DNA from: Abditibacterium sp.
GTDB taxonomy: Bacteria > Armatimonadota > Abditibacteriia > Abditibacteriales > Abditibacteriaceae
Direction of reading: 5' to 3'
DNA length: 64,000 nt
NCBI GenBank assembly: GCA_965199495.1
Contig: CBDASK010000003.1
Span: 1,408,001 to 1,472,000, forward strand
Part shown: positions 18,167 to 26,509 of the stretch, piece by piece
Layout of the letters: the number at the start of each line of letters is the position of its first letter
How positions within the stretch are numbered: position 1 is the stretch's first letter
Notes under the pieces: model-generated
Database searches by the model: none
Told to the model about the DNA's origin: nothing
The model's input: only the letters and a program-made list of their open reading frames with translations
Position numbers and translations under genes: made by a program

Positions 18167-20368
18167 ATGAAACTCGAAATTCTTTTGCTTGCTCCGCTTT
18201 TGCTCTCTGCCAGCCACGCCGCGTCCGCGCGGGCCGCTGCGATTTTGAAAAATAACGCTTGCCTGTTGAGCGCCGATAAGAAAACGGGTTTGCAACTCGC
18301 TGGGCGTAATTTCAGCTTCGATCAGCGAGCGCCGCTGCAAATCGAAATCGTGGACGCAGACGGCAAAACGCAATGGCTGAATGGCAATTATTCGAGCGTC
18401 AAATCGCGCAACGGCGTTTTGAAATGCGCCGGTCAAATCGTTTCTCCAAACGGAACTCAATTTCAAATCTCCGACGAATTTACGCGCGACGCCGCTGGAT
18501 TTTTGCTGTCGCGCAACGTGCAAATCGCCGCGCCAAATGCCCGCGATGTCGGGTTTGCTTCGCGTTTTGGACTGGCGTGGAGCGCTCCGCAAAGCGCGCG
18601 CGCGGCGGAGATTTTGATGCCGGGCGTCTGGTATGGGCACAACGAATTCGTCAATCCCAGCGCCTTCGGCTCTGACGCCGATTATCAAAGTTTGATGACG
18701 CGCGGCGACCGCTTGGGCTTGCCGCTCGTAGCGGCGCGCGACCCAAAAAGCGGCGTTTCGCTCGAATTGGAACGCGTCGGCGGCACGCCCACGACTTCCG
18801 CGGGCGATAGCGGCGGCCAACGTCTGATTGACGCGCGTTTGCAAGTCGGTTCGCTGGGATTTTTGAATGCGGGCCATTTGCAGCCGACGTTTGTTTTTCC
18901 CGCGACCGAAGACGAGCGCGCGATAATCGGCCCGGACGCGCCAATTGGCCGCCGTTTCGCGCCGCGCTCGCATCCGGTGAAAGTCGGCGTGCAGCACGCG
19001 TACCGGTTGCACTTTGAAATGGAGCAGACGCCCGATTTCGCGAGTTTGGTCGAGAAGACCACGAAATCGGCGATTACGCGCGCTCATTCGCCGCTCTTCA
19101 AAGCCGATTTGAATCAGGTTTATCGCGCCAGTTTAGATTTGCTCGATGCCGTCGTGGCTCCTTACAACGGCACGGTCGCGGTGCCGTTTTTCGCCGCGAT
19201 TCCCAGTGGCGAAGTCAAAGATACCTCAACGCAAATGGGCTTCGTCGGCATGGCGTTGCCCTGCGCGGCGTTCCTATTACGCGATGGTTATGCGCGCCAA
19301 AATCAGAGCGAAATCGAACGCGCCGGGCAGGTCTTAGATTTTTGGGTGAATAAATGCGCGCGACCTTCCGGCGTGCCACAAAACTGGGCCGATTTTCCGG
19401 CGCCCGACAAAGTGACTTTTCGCGGTTTCCCAACGCATCTGCGCGTGGCATGCGACGGCATGAAAGGCGTTTTGGACGCGTGGAACGTGGCGCGCGCCAA
19501 CAAAGTGGATAAACCGGAGTGGCTCGGTTTCGCGCGCAGTTGGGGCGATTTTTTGGTAAAAAACCAGAACGCCGATGGCTCGTGGTTCGGCGCATGGAAC
19601 GGCGACGGCACGCCGAACGCGCGTTACACCAACGCCTCGACGCATCCGCTCGAATTTATGATTGAGCTTTCGCGCGCGACGGGTGACGAAAAATATCAAA
19701 GTGCGGCCTTGCGCGCGGGCGAATTTTGCTATCGGACGGTTCATCAGAATTACGCTTATTCCGGCGGCACGCCCGATAATCCCAACGTCACCGACAAAGA
19801 GGCGGGCGTGATGGCGACCGAAGGTTTTATGGCACTCTACGATGCGACAGGCGACAAAAAATGGTTGGGCGCCGCGAAACAAGCGGCGATTTTCTGCGAA
19901 ACGTGGGTTTATTGGCGCAATTTCCCGATACCGGCGGACACGCCCAAACAGGTTTTTCCAGATAACCGTTCGACGGTAGGCATGAGCCTGATTTCGACGG
20001 GCCATTCGGGCGCCGACGATTACATGGCGATGGCACCGTTTCTGTGGTATCGGATTTATCTGGCGACGGGCGACGCCCATTTTTTGCAAAGCGCGCGCAT
20101 TTTGCAGCACGATACCAAACAAATCATGGATTGGAACGGCACATTGGGCTACAAATATCATGGACTGTTGCCCGAAGCCGTCAGTTTGTCCACCAATCGT
20201 GGAACTGGCGTCGCGGGTTGGTTGCCGTGGCTCACAGTTGTCAACATTCGTCCGATAGTTCAATTGAAAAACGTTTTCGGCACTTTTGATTTGGATGAAA
20301 TTGAAAAAATTCCGCTCGCCAAACGCCGCGAATTAAGCGCGCAATTTGGCGTAACGCGCGGTTTTTGA
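18167..20368 (+). CDS. Secreted putative glycoside hydrolase with an (alpha/alpha)6-barrel-like C-terminus
   Basis: Signal peptide; QNADGSW, ATGDEKY, ATGDKKW, ATGDAHF helical-hairpin repeats. Confidence 0.6.
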   Translation: MKLEILLLAPLLLSASHAASARAAAILKNNACLLSADKKTGLQLAGRNFSFDQRAPLQIEIVDADGKTQWLNGNYSSVKSRNGVLKCAGQIVSPNGTQFQISDEFTRDAAGFLLSRNVQIAAPNARDVGFASRFGLAWSAPQSARAAEILMPGVWYGHNEFVNPSAFGSDADYQSLMTRGDRLGLPLVAARDPKSGVSLELERVGGTPTTSAGDSGGQRLIDARLQVGSLGFLNAGHLQPTFVFPATEDERAIIGPDAPIGRRFAPRSHPVKVGVQHAYRLHFEMEQTPDFASLVEKTTKSAITRAHSPLFKADLNQVYRASLDLLDAVVAPYNGTVAVPFFAAIPSGEVKDTSTQMGFVGMALPCAAFLLRDGYARQNQSEIERAGQVLDFWVNKCARPSGVPQNWADFPAPDKVTFRGFPTHLRVACDGMKGVLDAWNVARANKVDKPEWLGFARSWGDFLVKNQNADGSWFGAWNGDGTPNARYTNASTHPLEFMIELSRATGDEKYQSAALRAGEFCYRTVHQNYAYSGGTPDNPNVTDKEAGVMATEGFMALYDATGDKKWLGAAKQAAIFCETWVYWRNFPIPADTPKQVFPDNRSTVGMSLISTGHSGADDYMAMAPFLWYRIYLATGDAHFLQSARILQHDTKQIMDWNGTLGYKYHGLLPEAVSLSTNRGTGVAGWLPWLTVVNIRPIVQLKNVFGTFDLDEIEKIPLAKRRELSAQFGVTRGF

Positions 20369-20387
20369 GCCTGTGAAAAACAAAAAT

Positions 20388-20421
20388 CACCGCGTCAATT
20401 AACTTCCTGACGCGGTGTTTT
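20388..20421. terminator. Bidirectional terminator between convergent genes
   Basis: CACCGCGTCA...TGACGCGGTG hairpin flanked by A/T runs. Confidence 0.6.
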
Positions 20422-20439
20422 CCGTTGCGATAAATTCGA

Positions 20440-21144
20440 TCAAATGCCCGTGGCTGTGATAATTGGCGATTGCTCGAACGGCTGCATCACGACAAAACCT
20501 TCGCCGCGAAACACCATCTGAAACGTTTCGCCGCCGCCGCGCGCGACCAGACTGCGCAGCGAAGCGTCAATGCGAATATCGGGCGACAAGTTGCCCGACC
20601 ACGCGACCGTTGCGTTCGGGTCGGTCGAAACTGGATCATTGGGCGTGACTTTGAGCGTCAACGGCTGGCCGTGCGACACCATCGCGACCATGCCGCTCCC
20701 GCTTAACTTCACCGAAAACAAACCGCCCGACAAAACACCAGCCACGCGGCGGTGCATATTGATTTCGTAGCTCACGCTGTCCTCGAACGCCAACAAATCG
20801 TTGCCGTTGACGTTGAGGGTTTCGCCCTGCAACCGCAAAATCGTGACGTTCTTGGCGTGGTCGGCCAGATAACAAATGCCCTGGCCTTCGATTCTGGTGA
20901 GCGGCGCCATTTCGCCCGCAACCATTTTGAGCAGTGCCGTGCTCAAACCTTGTTCCATCATCCCTTCGCGTTTAAACGTGAGATTGCCGCGATAAGCGAT
21001 CATCGCGCCCGGTTTGCTCCATATCGCGCCGTTAACGTTCGCTTCGAGCATTTGGGGGCTTTCGAGTTCAAAGACATCGCCGGGCTGGTCGCGCTCGGCG
21101 GTTCCGTTGAGGAAATCTTGGAGTGTATGCGTGGGTTCGTTCAT
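20440..21144 (-). CDS. AIM24 family protein
   Basis: KPGAMIAYRG, NGNDLLAFE, GGLFSVKLSG, GEGFVVMQP. Confidence 0.9.
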   Translation of the reverse strand: MNEPTHTLQDFLNGTAERDQPGDVFELESPQMLEANVNGAIWSKPGAMIAYRGNLTFKREGMMEQGLSTALLKMVAGEMAPLTRIEGQGICYLADHAKNVTILRLQGETLNVNGNDLLAFEDSVSYEINMHRRVAGVLSGGLFSVKLSGSGMVAMVSHGQPLTLKVTPNDPVSTDPNATVAWSGNLSPDIRIDASLRSLVARGGGETFQMVFRGEGFVVMQPFEQSPIITATGI

Positions 21145-21222
21145 AACGGAGTAGGTTTACAATAATTTTTGATAATGGGTGCTGGAATGAGTGAGCGCCA
21201 GTCAATTACGGCTCACAACTAA

Positions 21223-21258
21223 AAATCTCCTGCGACATTGATTTGTCGCAGGAGATTT
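21223..21258. terminator. Probable terminator hairpin
   Basis: AAATCTCCTGCGACA...TGTCGCAGGAGATTT, downstream of the small lipoprotein gene. Confidence 0.65.
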
Positions 21259-21297
21259 CGCCGGACGGTTTTCGGTTGTTGCGGTTGCAATTATATT

Positions 21298-21456
21298 TTA
21301 GCCACCATTGGACTGCCCACGCTCAGGCGGCATCGTGGGGGCCGCTTTTCCCGATGTGGGCGGCGGAGTCGTTGGTTCTTCTTCTTTGCTGCCGCATCCG
21401 GTGAGAGCGGTCGCAGCCAGAGCGGAGAGGGTCAGAGCAATTAAGATTGGTTTCAT
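21298..21456 (-). CDS. Small lipoprotein (52 aa; absent from the ORF track)
   Basis: MKPILIALTLSALAATALTG|CGSKEEEPTTPPPTSGKAAPTMPPERGQSNGG*, with lipobox LTGC. Confidence 0.75.
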   Translation of the reverse strand: MKPILIALTLSALAATALTGCGSKEEEPTTPPPTSGKAAPTMPPERGQSNGG

Positions 21457-21487
21457 GGGAATTGAGCACATCGTGCCACGCTAAGTA

Positions 21488-21610
21488 TTACTGAGTGTTG
21501 GGGCTAAAGCTATATCCGGTCGCGTTGGTCGGCGGATTAATTTTGTCCGGCTTGAGCCACTTGACGTGCCCATCGGCAAAAGCGTAATTGGCGCCATCCA
21601 AGTGACGCGT
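21488..21610 (-). pseudogene. C-terminal remnant of a DUF1559/H-X9-DG prepilin-type gene
   Basis: TRHLDGANYAFADGHVKWLKPDK...TQ*; in-frame TAA directly upstream, no start codon. Confidence 0.85.
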
Positions 21611-21711
21611 TTATACCCAATTCTTCTGTTTTTCAAACATTGTCGAACTAAAGACGAAAACATTTCGGTCTCACAAAGCGCGAACGCGCGAAAGTGTTCA
21701 ATTTTAGCGCG

Positions 21712-21763
21712 TTGGCAACACGAAACAACTACGAGCCGAGTCACGGTTGTTTCGTGTTGCCAA
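21712..21763. terminator. 18-bp inverted repeat downstream of the FHA gene
   Basis: TTGGCAACACGAAACAAC...GTTGTTTCGTGTTGCCAA. Confidence 0.55.
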
Positions 21764-21770
21764 ACAAAAT

Positions 21771-22508
21771 TTAAGCTGGCAACAAGCGCAACACGACTTT
21801 GCCAAACGCGACTTTATCGCCCAATTTCAGCGGCGACGGCTGGTTATCTGGAATTGGTTTATTGTTGATGCGCGTTTTGTTGGCGCCGCCCAGATGCGTA
21901 ACGCTCACGTTGCCGTTATCGAAATTGACGCGCGCGTGCTGGCGATGAACGTAACCGGCATCTTGGTCGGATAAATCAATGTCGGGATAAATATCGGCGT
22001 CTTCATCTTCGCGCCCGACGAGCATTTCGGCGTCGCCCAGCACGAACTGCGCGCCGACCGATTGGCCCTGCTCGACGACCAATTTCACGTTGCCCGGCAT
22101 CAAATCGCCAGCCGTTTGTGATGCAGTGCCAACAGGAGCCACGGCGCCCGTGGAGACGGGCGCGACCAAACCAGCGGTTGCGGTGCTGGCGGCGGGCGCA
22201 TCGCCAATTGACGTTTCGTCGGCGGGCATATCAAACGAGGTGATCGGATCGGCCTGGTTCATCGTATCCATCGGCTCGTCTTCGGGCGAAACTGCGGGAG
22301 CAATCACGGTCGCGGCGCCGGGATGCAAGTCGGCGCCGCAGGCTTCGCAGGCGAGGTTATCGGCGGGATTTTCGGCGCCACAATCGGGGCACTTAATCAT
22401 CGCTTCGGTCGCCGTGGCTGCATTGGCCGAGGGCAACTCTTCGCCACAGTTTTCGCAAAATTGGGTGCCATCCACGTTTTCGTGCTGGCATTCGGGACAG
22501 GTAATCAT
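21771..22508 (-). CDS. Double zinc-ribbon + FHA domain protein
   Basis: CPEC..CENC, CPDC..CEAC; VGRED...PDIDL...VHRQHA...NKTRIN. Confidence 0.9.
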   Translation of the reverse strand: MITCPECQHENVDGTQFCENCGEELPSANAATATEAMIKCPDCGAENPADNLACEACGADLHPGAATVIAPAVSPEDEPMDTMNQADPITSFDMPADETSIGDAPAASTATAGLVAPVSTGAVAPVGTASQTAGDLMPGNVKLVVEQGQSVGAQFVLGDAEMLVGREDEDADIYPDIDLSDQDAGYVHRQHARVNFDNGNVSVTHLGGANKTRINNKPIPDNQPSPLKLGDKVAFGKVVLRLLPA

Positions 22509-22515
22509 AATATTA

Positions 22516-22591
22516 GGTGACAAGTAACAAGTGGCAAGTGACAAGGAGCGGAGGCGGGAGATAAAAGGGGCGAAACTTGCCACTTGTCACC
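22516..22591. repeat. Inverted heptamer arrays (GTGACAA-type)
   Basis: GTGACAA GTAACAA GTGGCAA GTGACAA ... CTTGCCACTTGTCAC. Confidence 0.75.
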
Positions 22592-22597
22592 GTTGCG

Positions 22598-23860
22598 CTA
22601 CGCTAATCGTTTCGTTTTCTTCGTTTCGTTGCTCGAAACCGCCAGATCATCGGCAGAAATCGCGCCACCAGAATCCAAAGTCTCTTCCATCTCTTCCAAA
22701 ACTTTAGTCGCGGCGACTTTGCCCAAACGCTGCGTCATTTTCTTTTTGCGCTCCAAAACTTGCGTCATCTTGCGCTTGTCGCCGCTTTTCACGGCGGCTT
22801 CGAGGTCAACTTGCAATTTGTAATCGTTGGCTTCTTCGATAAGCCGCACCACTTCGCCGTTACGCTGCGCCAGTTCGACATCGTTATCGGAATAGCCCGT
22901 CAAAACATTCGCTTCGGCGCGCGCATTGGGACTGGCGCTGTTCCACGCGGCGATTTGACACAGCAAATCGCGGCTTTTGGCGCCGACTGGCGCGCTCGTC
23001 ACCACATCCAACAGATACGCTTGCGGCTGATCGTTTTGAATCGAGCCAACGGAAATCTTGAACGAATTATCCGAAACCGTCGGCGCATCGAAAACTTTTT
23101 TATCAGGCACCACGCGCCAGAAACGGCGCGGTTTGCCATTGAGTCTCGAAACTTCAATCGTCACGTCCGACATCACCGTTGAGGCGATGCGGCCAAATTC
23201 GTCCTGAAAAACTTCGCTCAGCGCTTCGGGCGTGGCGGCCATCAGGAATTTGCCGGAGCCTTTGTCGGCCAAATCACGCAGAAACGCGGCGTCGTAATCA
23301 GCGGGGTCGCCCAATCCAATCGTCGAAAGCGAGACGCCGTTGCTCTCGAACTCGGTTTTGCCGCGTTCGAGAAACTTCTCCAAATCGCGGTCAATAAAGC
23401 CCTGTGAATCGGTCGGCTGACCGTCGCTCAGCAAAATCACAAACGTCGTCACGGCGGGGCTGGCGTGCGGCGCGATCTCTTTGAAGATGGTATTTAAACC
23501 GGTCAATAATTCGGTCGCGCCTTCGACGCGCACGTCTTGGACGGCACCTTTGGCGCGCATTTTCATGCCTTCGCCGAACTGTGTCGCGGGCACGATGATG
23601 CGCGAACCGCTGGAAAACACGGCGACAGTTGCGCGGTCATCGGGCGAGAGTTTGTCGAGAATCAGCGAACAGGCGCGCTTGGCGTTTTCGAGTTTCGGCC
23701 CTTCCATCGAGCCGGAGTTATCGAGCAAAATGCCCAGATTGAGCGGCAACGTATTCATGCCGCGTCCGGGCGAAAGTTCGAGCAGAATGGTTTGCAGAAA
23801 GTCGCCGCGCGTGGGGCGAAACTCTTTATCTAAAGCGGTGCGAAGACTTAAATCGGGCAT
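22598..23860 (-). CDS. vWA domain protein
   Basis: MIDAS DNSGS, ATEL, LLSDG, STIGLG. Confidence 0.9.
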   Translation of the reverse strand: MPDLSLRTALDKEFRPTRGDFLQTILLELSPGRGMNTLPLNLGILLDNSGSMEGPKLENAKRACSLILDKLSPDDRATVAVFSSGSRIIVPATQFGEGMKMRAKGAVQDVRVEGATELLTGLNTIFKEIAPHASPAVTTFVILLSDGQPTDSQGFIDRDLEKFLERGKTEFESNGVSLSTIGLGDPADYDAAFLRDLADKGSGKFLMAATPEALSEVFQDEFGRIASTVMSDVTIEVSRLNGKPRRFWRVVPDKKVFDAPTVSDNSFKISVGSIQNDQPQAYLLDVVTSAPVGAKSRDLLCQIAAWNSASPNARAEANVLTGYSDNDVELAQRNGEVVRLIEEANDYKLQVDLEAAVKSGDKRKMTQVLERKKKMTQRLGKVAATKVLEEMEETLDSGGAISADDLAVSSNETKKTKRLA

Positions 23861-23876
23861 TGGGTTTTAGTTTAAG

Positions 23877-24389
23877 TTACGGGCGCACGCGTTGCGGCAA
23901 ATACGCGTCCAAAACGCGATTGAGCCGTTTGTTAAAGCGCGGATTCAGTTTGTAATTCATTGGAGGAGAAGGAAAGGAATATCCATTTTTCCCCCTCACT
24001 TGTTTCACAATTTCGCTCGAAGTTGCGTTTTGGAAGAGAATGATGCCATAGAGATACCGTCCCTTTTTGTAAAACGATAAGTTGATAAAAATTGACTTCT
24101 GATTCTGAGATGGGCTGACTTCTTTGTCAAACACGCGAATTTTGTCAATAACATCGCGCGTTTGTTCGGCGTCCAAGGGGCCAAATTTCAGTTGCTCGTC
24201 GCCAACGCAAGAAGAGTTTTGGCAACGTGCCTGAGTTGCCTTCATGCTGTCGGCGCCCGCGACGAGGGCGCGAAACTCTTTATCCGCTTTCGTCAAAGGC
24301 GGATGATCCAAGCGATAATTGACGCCCCACAGCGCCGCGCCGACGACGAGTAACAGCGTGAGTGCGAGGATTAACGGTTTGCGTTTCAT
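23877..24389 (-). CDS. Hypothetical membrane-anchored protein
   Basis: 170 aa with an N-terminal signal/TM segment. Confidence 0.6.
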   Translation of the reverse strand: MKRKPLILALTLLLVVGAALWGVNYRLDHPPLTKADKEFRALVAGADSMKATQARCQNSSCVGDEQLKFGPLDAEQTRDVIDKIRVFDKEVSPSQNQKSIFINLSFYKKGRYLYGIILFQNATSSEIVKQVRGKNGYSFPSPPMNYKLNPRFNKRLNRVLDAYLPQRVRP

Positions 24390-24404
24390 AAGTTTAGTGA
24401 AAAC

Positions 24405-24869
24405 TCACGCAGTCCAATTCCCGACATATTTCACCGACGGCATCGCCGCCGAAACGGTGTTGAACAGCTTCTTATCCGCCGTCCATAATTCCACGCCGCG
24501 CGCCTGTGCCAGAGCTAAATACGTCGCGTCATAACAACGCACCATCGCAAAGCGTATCGCCAGTTCGCGCGCGAGTTGGCGGGTTTCGTCGAACACAATT
24601 TCAATTGGGAGCGCATCAATCAACGCGTGGGCGTTCGCCTCATCTTCGGGGGCAAGAGTCTTTTTGATTTGCACGCGCAAACGAATAGAACTACTCGTCT
24701 CACTTTCCCAAAGCGGCGGCGCAATGAAGCGCGCGCCCGCTTTGCCCAAGGACGCCAACAAACCCAGCGCGGATGCTTGCATTGGTTCGTCGGCAAAGCT
24801 CGCCGCGATAGCAACACTTGCGTCTATCGCCACGAAAAGCGGAGTTTGTGAAGTGGGATTAATCTGCAA
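24405..24869 (-). CDS. vapC: VapC PIN-domain toxin
   Basis: AIDASV, PPLWESE, YDATYLALA, LWTADKKL; probable TTG start. Confidence 0.85.
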   Translation of the reverse strand: MQINPTSQTPLFVAIDASVAIAASFADEPMQASALGLLASLGKAGARFIAPPLWESETSSSIRLRVQIKKTLAPEDEANAHALIDALPIEIVFDETRQLARELAIRFAMVRCYDATYLALAQARGVELWTADKKLFNTVSAAMPSVKYVGNWTA

Positions 24870-25125
24870 GTTCTTCCATCCTACCCGCGCGCACTTCTTC
24901 CAAGTCCGCTGCCGCATTCATGGGGCCAAGAGATCGGATAGGATTGGCTTTAATATATGCAACGGCGCATTCCATCGGAGACAAAGTGCGCTCCGATTCC
25001 GTCTCAGAGCCAAGCACCCGCCGCGCCGCTTCCAGCAGCCAAGCGCCAGCATCCGTGTTCTGCGCTCTTGCCGCCGCCTGAATCTGCGCTTCTAAATTAT
25101 TAGGGATTTCGATTTTCAATATCAT
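24859..25125 (-). CDS. Putative antitoxin
   Basis: 88 aa with an RHH-like N-terminus (ILKIEIPNNLEAQI); overlaps the toxin start. Confidence 0.7.
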   Translation of the reverse strand: MILKIEIPNNLEAQIQAAARAQNTDAGAWLLEAARRVLGSETESERTLSPMECAVAYIKANPIRSLGPMNAAADLEEVRAGRMEELAD

Positions 25126-25261
25126 TGGTTCGCTCCTTTAGTTTTTACCCCAGCCACGCCGACCAAGTCCAACCGCGCAATGGCGTTATAGCCTTGGATT
25201 GTTTCTCGTGTCATGATTTTAGCTCAGTTTAATTCATGAACAAATTCGATGGGATTTTCGC

Positions 25262-26278
25262 TTACTTTTCGCCCACAAACGCGACGCTATTTTCCGCCAA
25301 TGCATCAATTTGTTCCAACGCGCGGCCCAATCCGTTGGCGACGCACGAGAGCGAATCTTCGGCAACGTGAACGTCCAAACCGGTGACTTCAGCGATTTTT
25401 TTATTCAATCCACGCAACTGGGCGCCGCCGCCCGAAAGCCATAGACCGTTTTGCGCGATGTCGTTGGCCAATTCGGGCGGCGTCTGTTCCAAAACCGCGC
25501 GCACGCACGCGATGATTTGATTGACCGGATCGGCAATCGCCTCGCTCAGTTCGGCGCTCGAAATTTCAATGGATTTGGGCATACCATCGCCCAAATCGCG
25601 CCCACGCACTTCAAATTTGGGTTCGGGCGATTGCGGCCACGCCGAGCCGATGGCGAGTTTGATTTCTTCGGCGCTGCGTTCGCCCAGCAAAATGTTGTGG
25701 GCACGCCGAATCTGCCGGTGAATCGCTTCGTCGAATTTGTCGCCGCCCACGCGAATCGTGGCGTTGACGACCGTGGCGCCCAGCGAAATCACCGCGACAT
25801 CGGACGTGCCACCGCCAATGTCCAACACCAATTGTCCTGACGCTTCGCCGACGCCCAAACCCAAACCCAATGCCGCCGCCATCGGCTCTTCCAAAACCCA
25901 GACTTCGCGCGCGCCCGCCGCACGACACACATCCAAAACCGCCTGCTTTTCAACGCTCGTCACGTCGCAGGGCGCGCTGACGACAACGCGTGGCCGCGTG
26001 ACGTTAAATCGTCCATTGAGGCGCACGAAAAAATGACGCAACATCGCTTCGGTCGCGGTAAAGTTGGCGATGGCACCGTCGCGAATCGGGCGAATAATCT
26101 CGATAGTGCCGGGGCTGCGTCCCGTCATTTCGAGCGCCGCCGTGCCATACGCTTTGGGTTCGCCCGTCGTCTTGACGAGCGCGACAACCGAAGGCTCGCG
26201 CAGCACGATGCCACGGCCTTTCTGGAAAATCACCGTGTTCGAGGTGCCAAGGTCAATACCTAAATCGCGGGAAAACAT
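25262..26278 (-). CDS. mreB: Rod shape-determining actin homologue MreB
   Basis: GIDLGTSNT, EPSVVA, EEPMAAA, DIGGGT, LSGGGAQL. Confidence 0.93.
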   Translation of the reverse strand: MFSRDLGIDLGTSNTVIFQKGRGIVLREPSVVALVKTTGEPKAYGTAALEMTGRSPGTIEIIRPIRDGAIANFTATEAMLRHFFVRLNGRFNVTRPRVVVSAPCDVTSVEKQAVLDVCRAAGAREVWVLEEPMAAALGLGLGVGEASGQLVLDIGGGTSDVAVISLGATVVNATIRVGGDKFDEAIHRQIRRAHNILLGERSAEEIKLAIGSAWPQSPEPKFEVRGRDLGDGMPKSIEISSAELSEAIADPVNQIIACVRAVLEQTPPELANDIAQNGLWLSGGGAQLRGLNKKIAEVTGLDVHVAEDSLSCVANGLGRALEQIDALAENSVAFVGEK

Positions 26279-26289
26279 GGGTCGGATAT

Positions 26290-26508
26290 TTCGGATTGCG
26301 GATTTCGGATTTCGGATGGTGGTGCGCTTTGTCATTTCGAGTGAGGCACGAACCGAGAAATCTTGCGGCCCCGCGCCAGCGGAAGTCAGTCGTTCTTTTC
26401 ATTTCGGAAGTCGCTTCAACCTGCGCTGCCGCGCGGGCGTAAGATTTCTCGGTTCGTGCCTCACTCGAAATGACAAAGCGCACCACCATCCGAAATCCGA
26501 AATCCGAA
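26290..26508. repeat. Composite palindrome: TTCGGAT heptamer arms enclosing a GTCATTTCGAG...GAGAAATCT element
   Basis: ~26297-26364 is complementary to 26441-26508; core shared with 41947 and 51487. Confidence 0.9.
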
Positions 26509-26509
26509 C

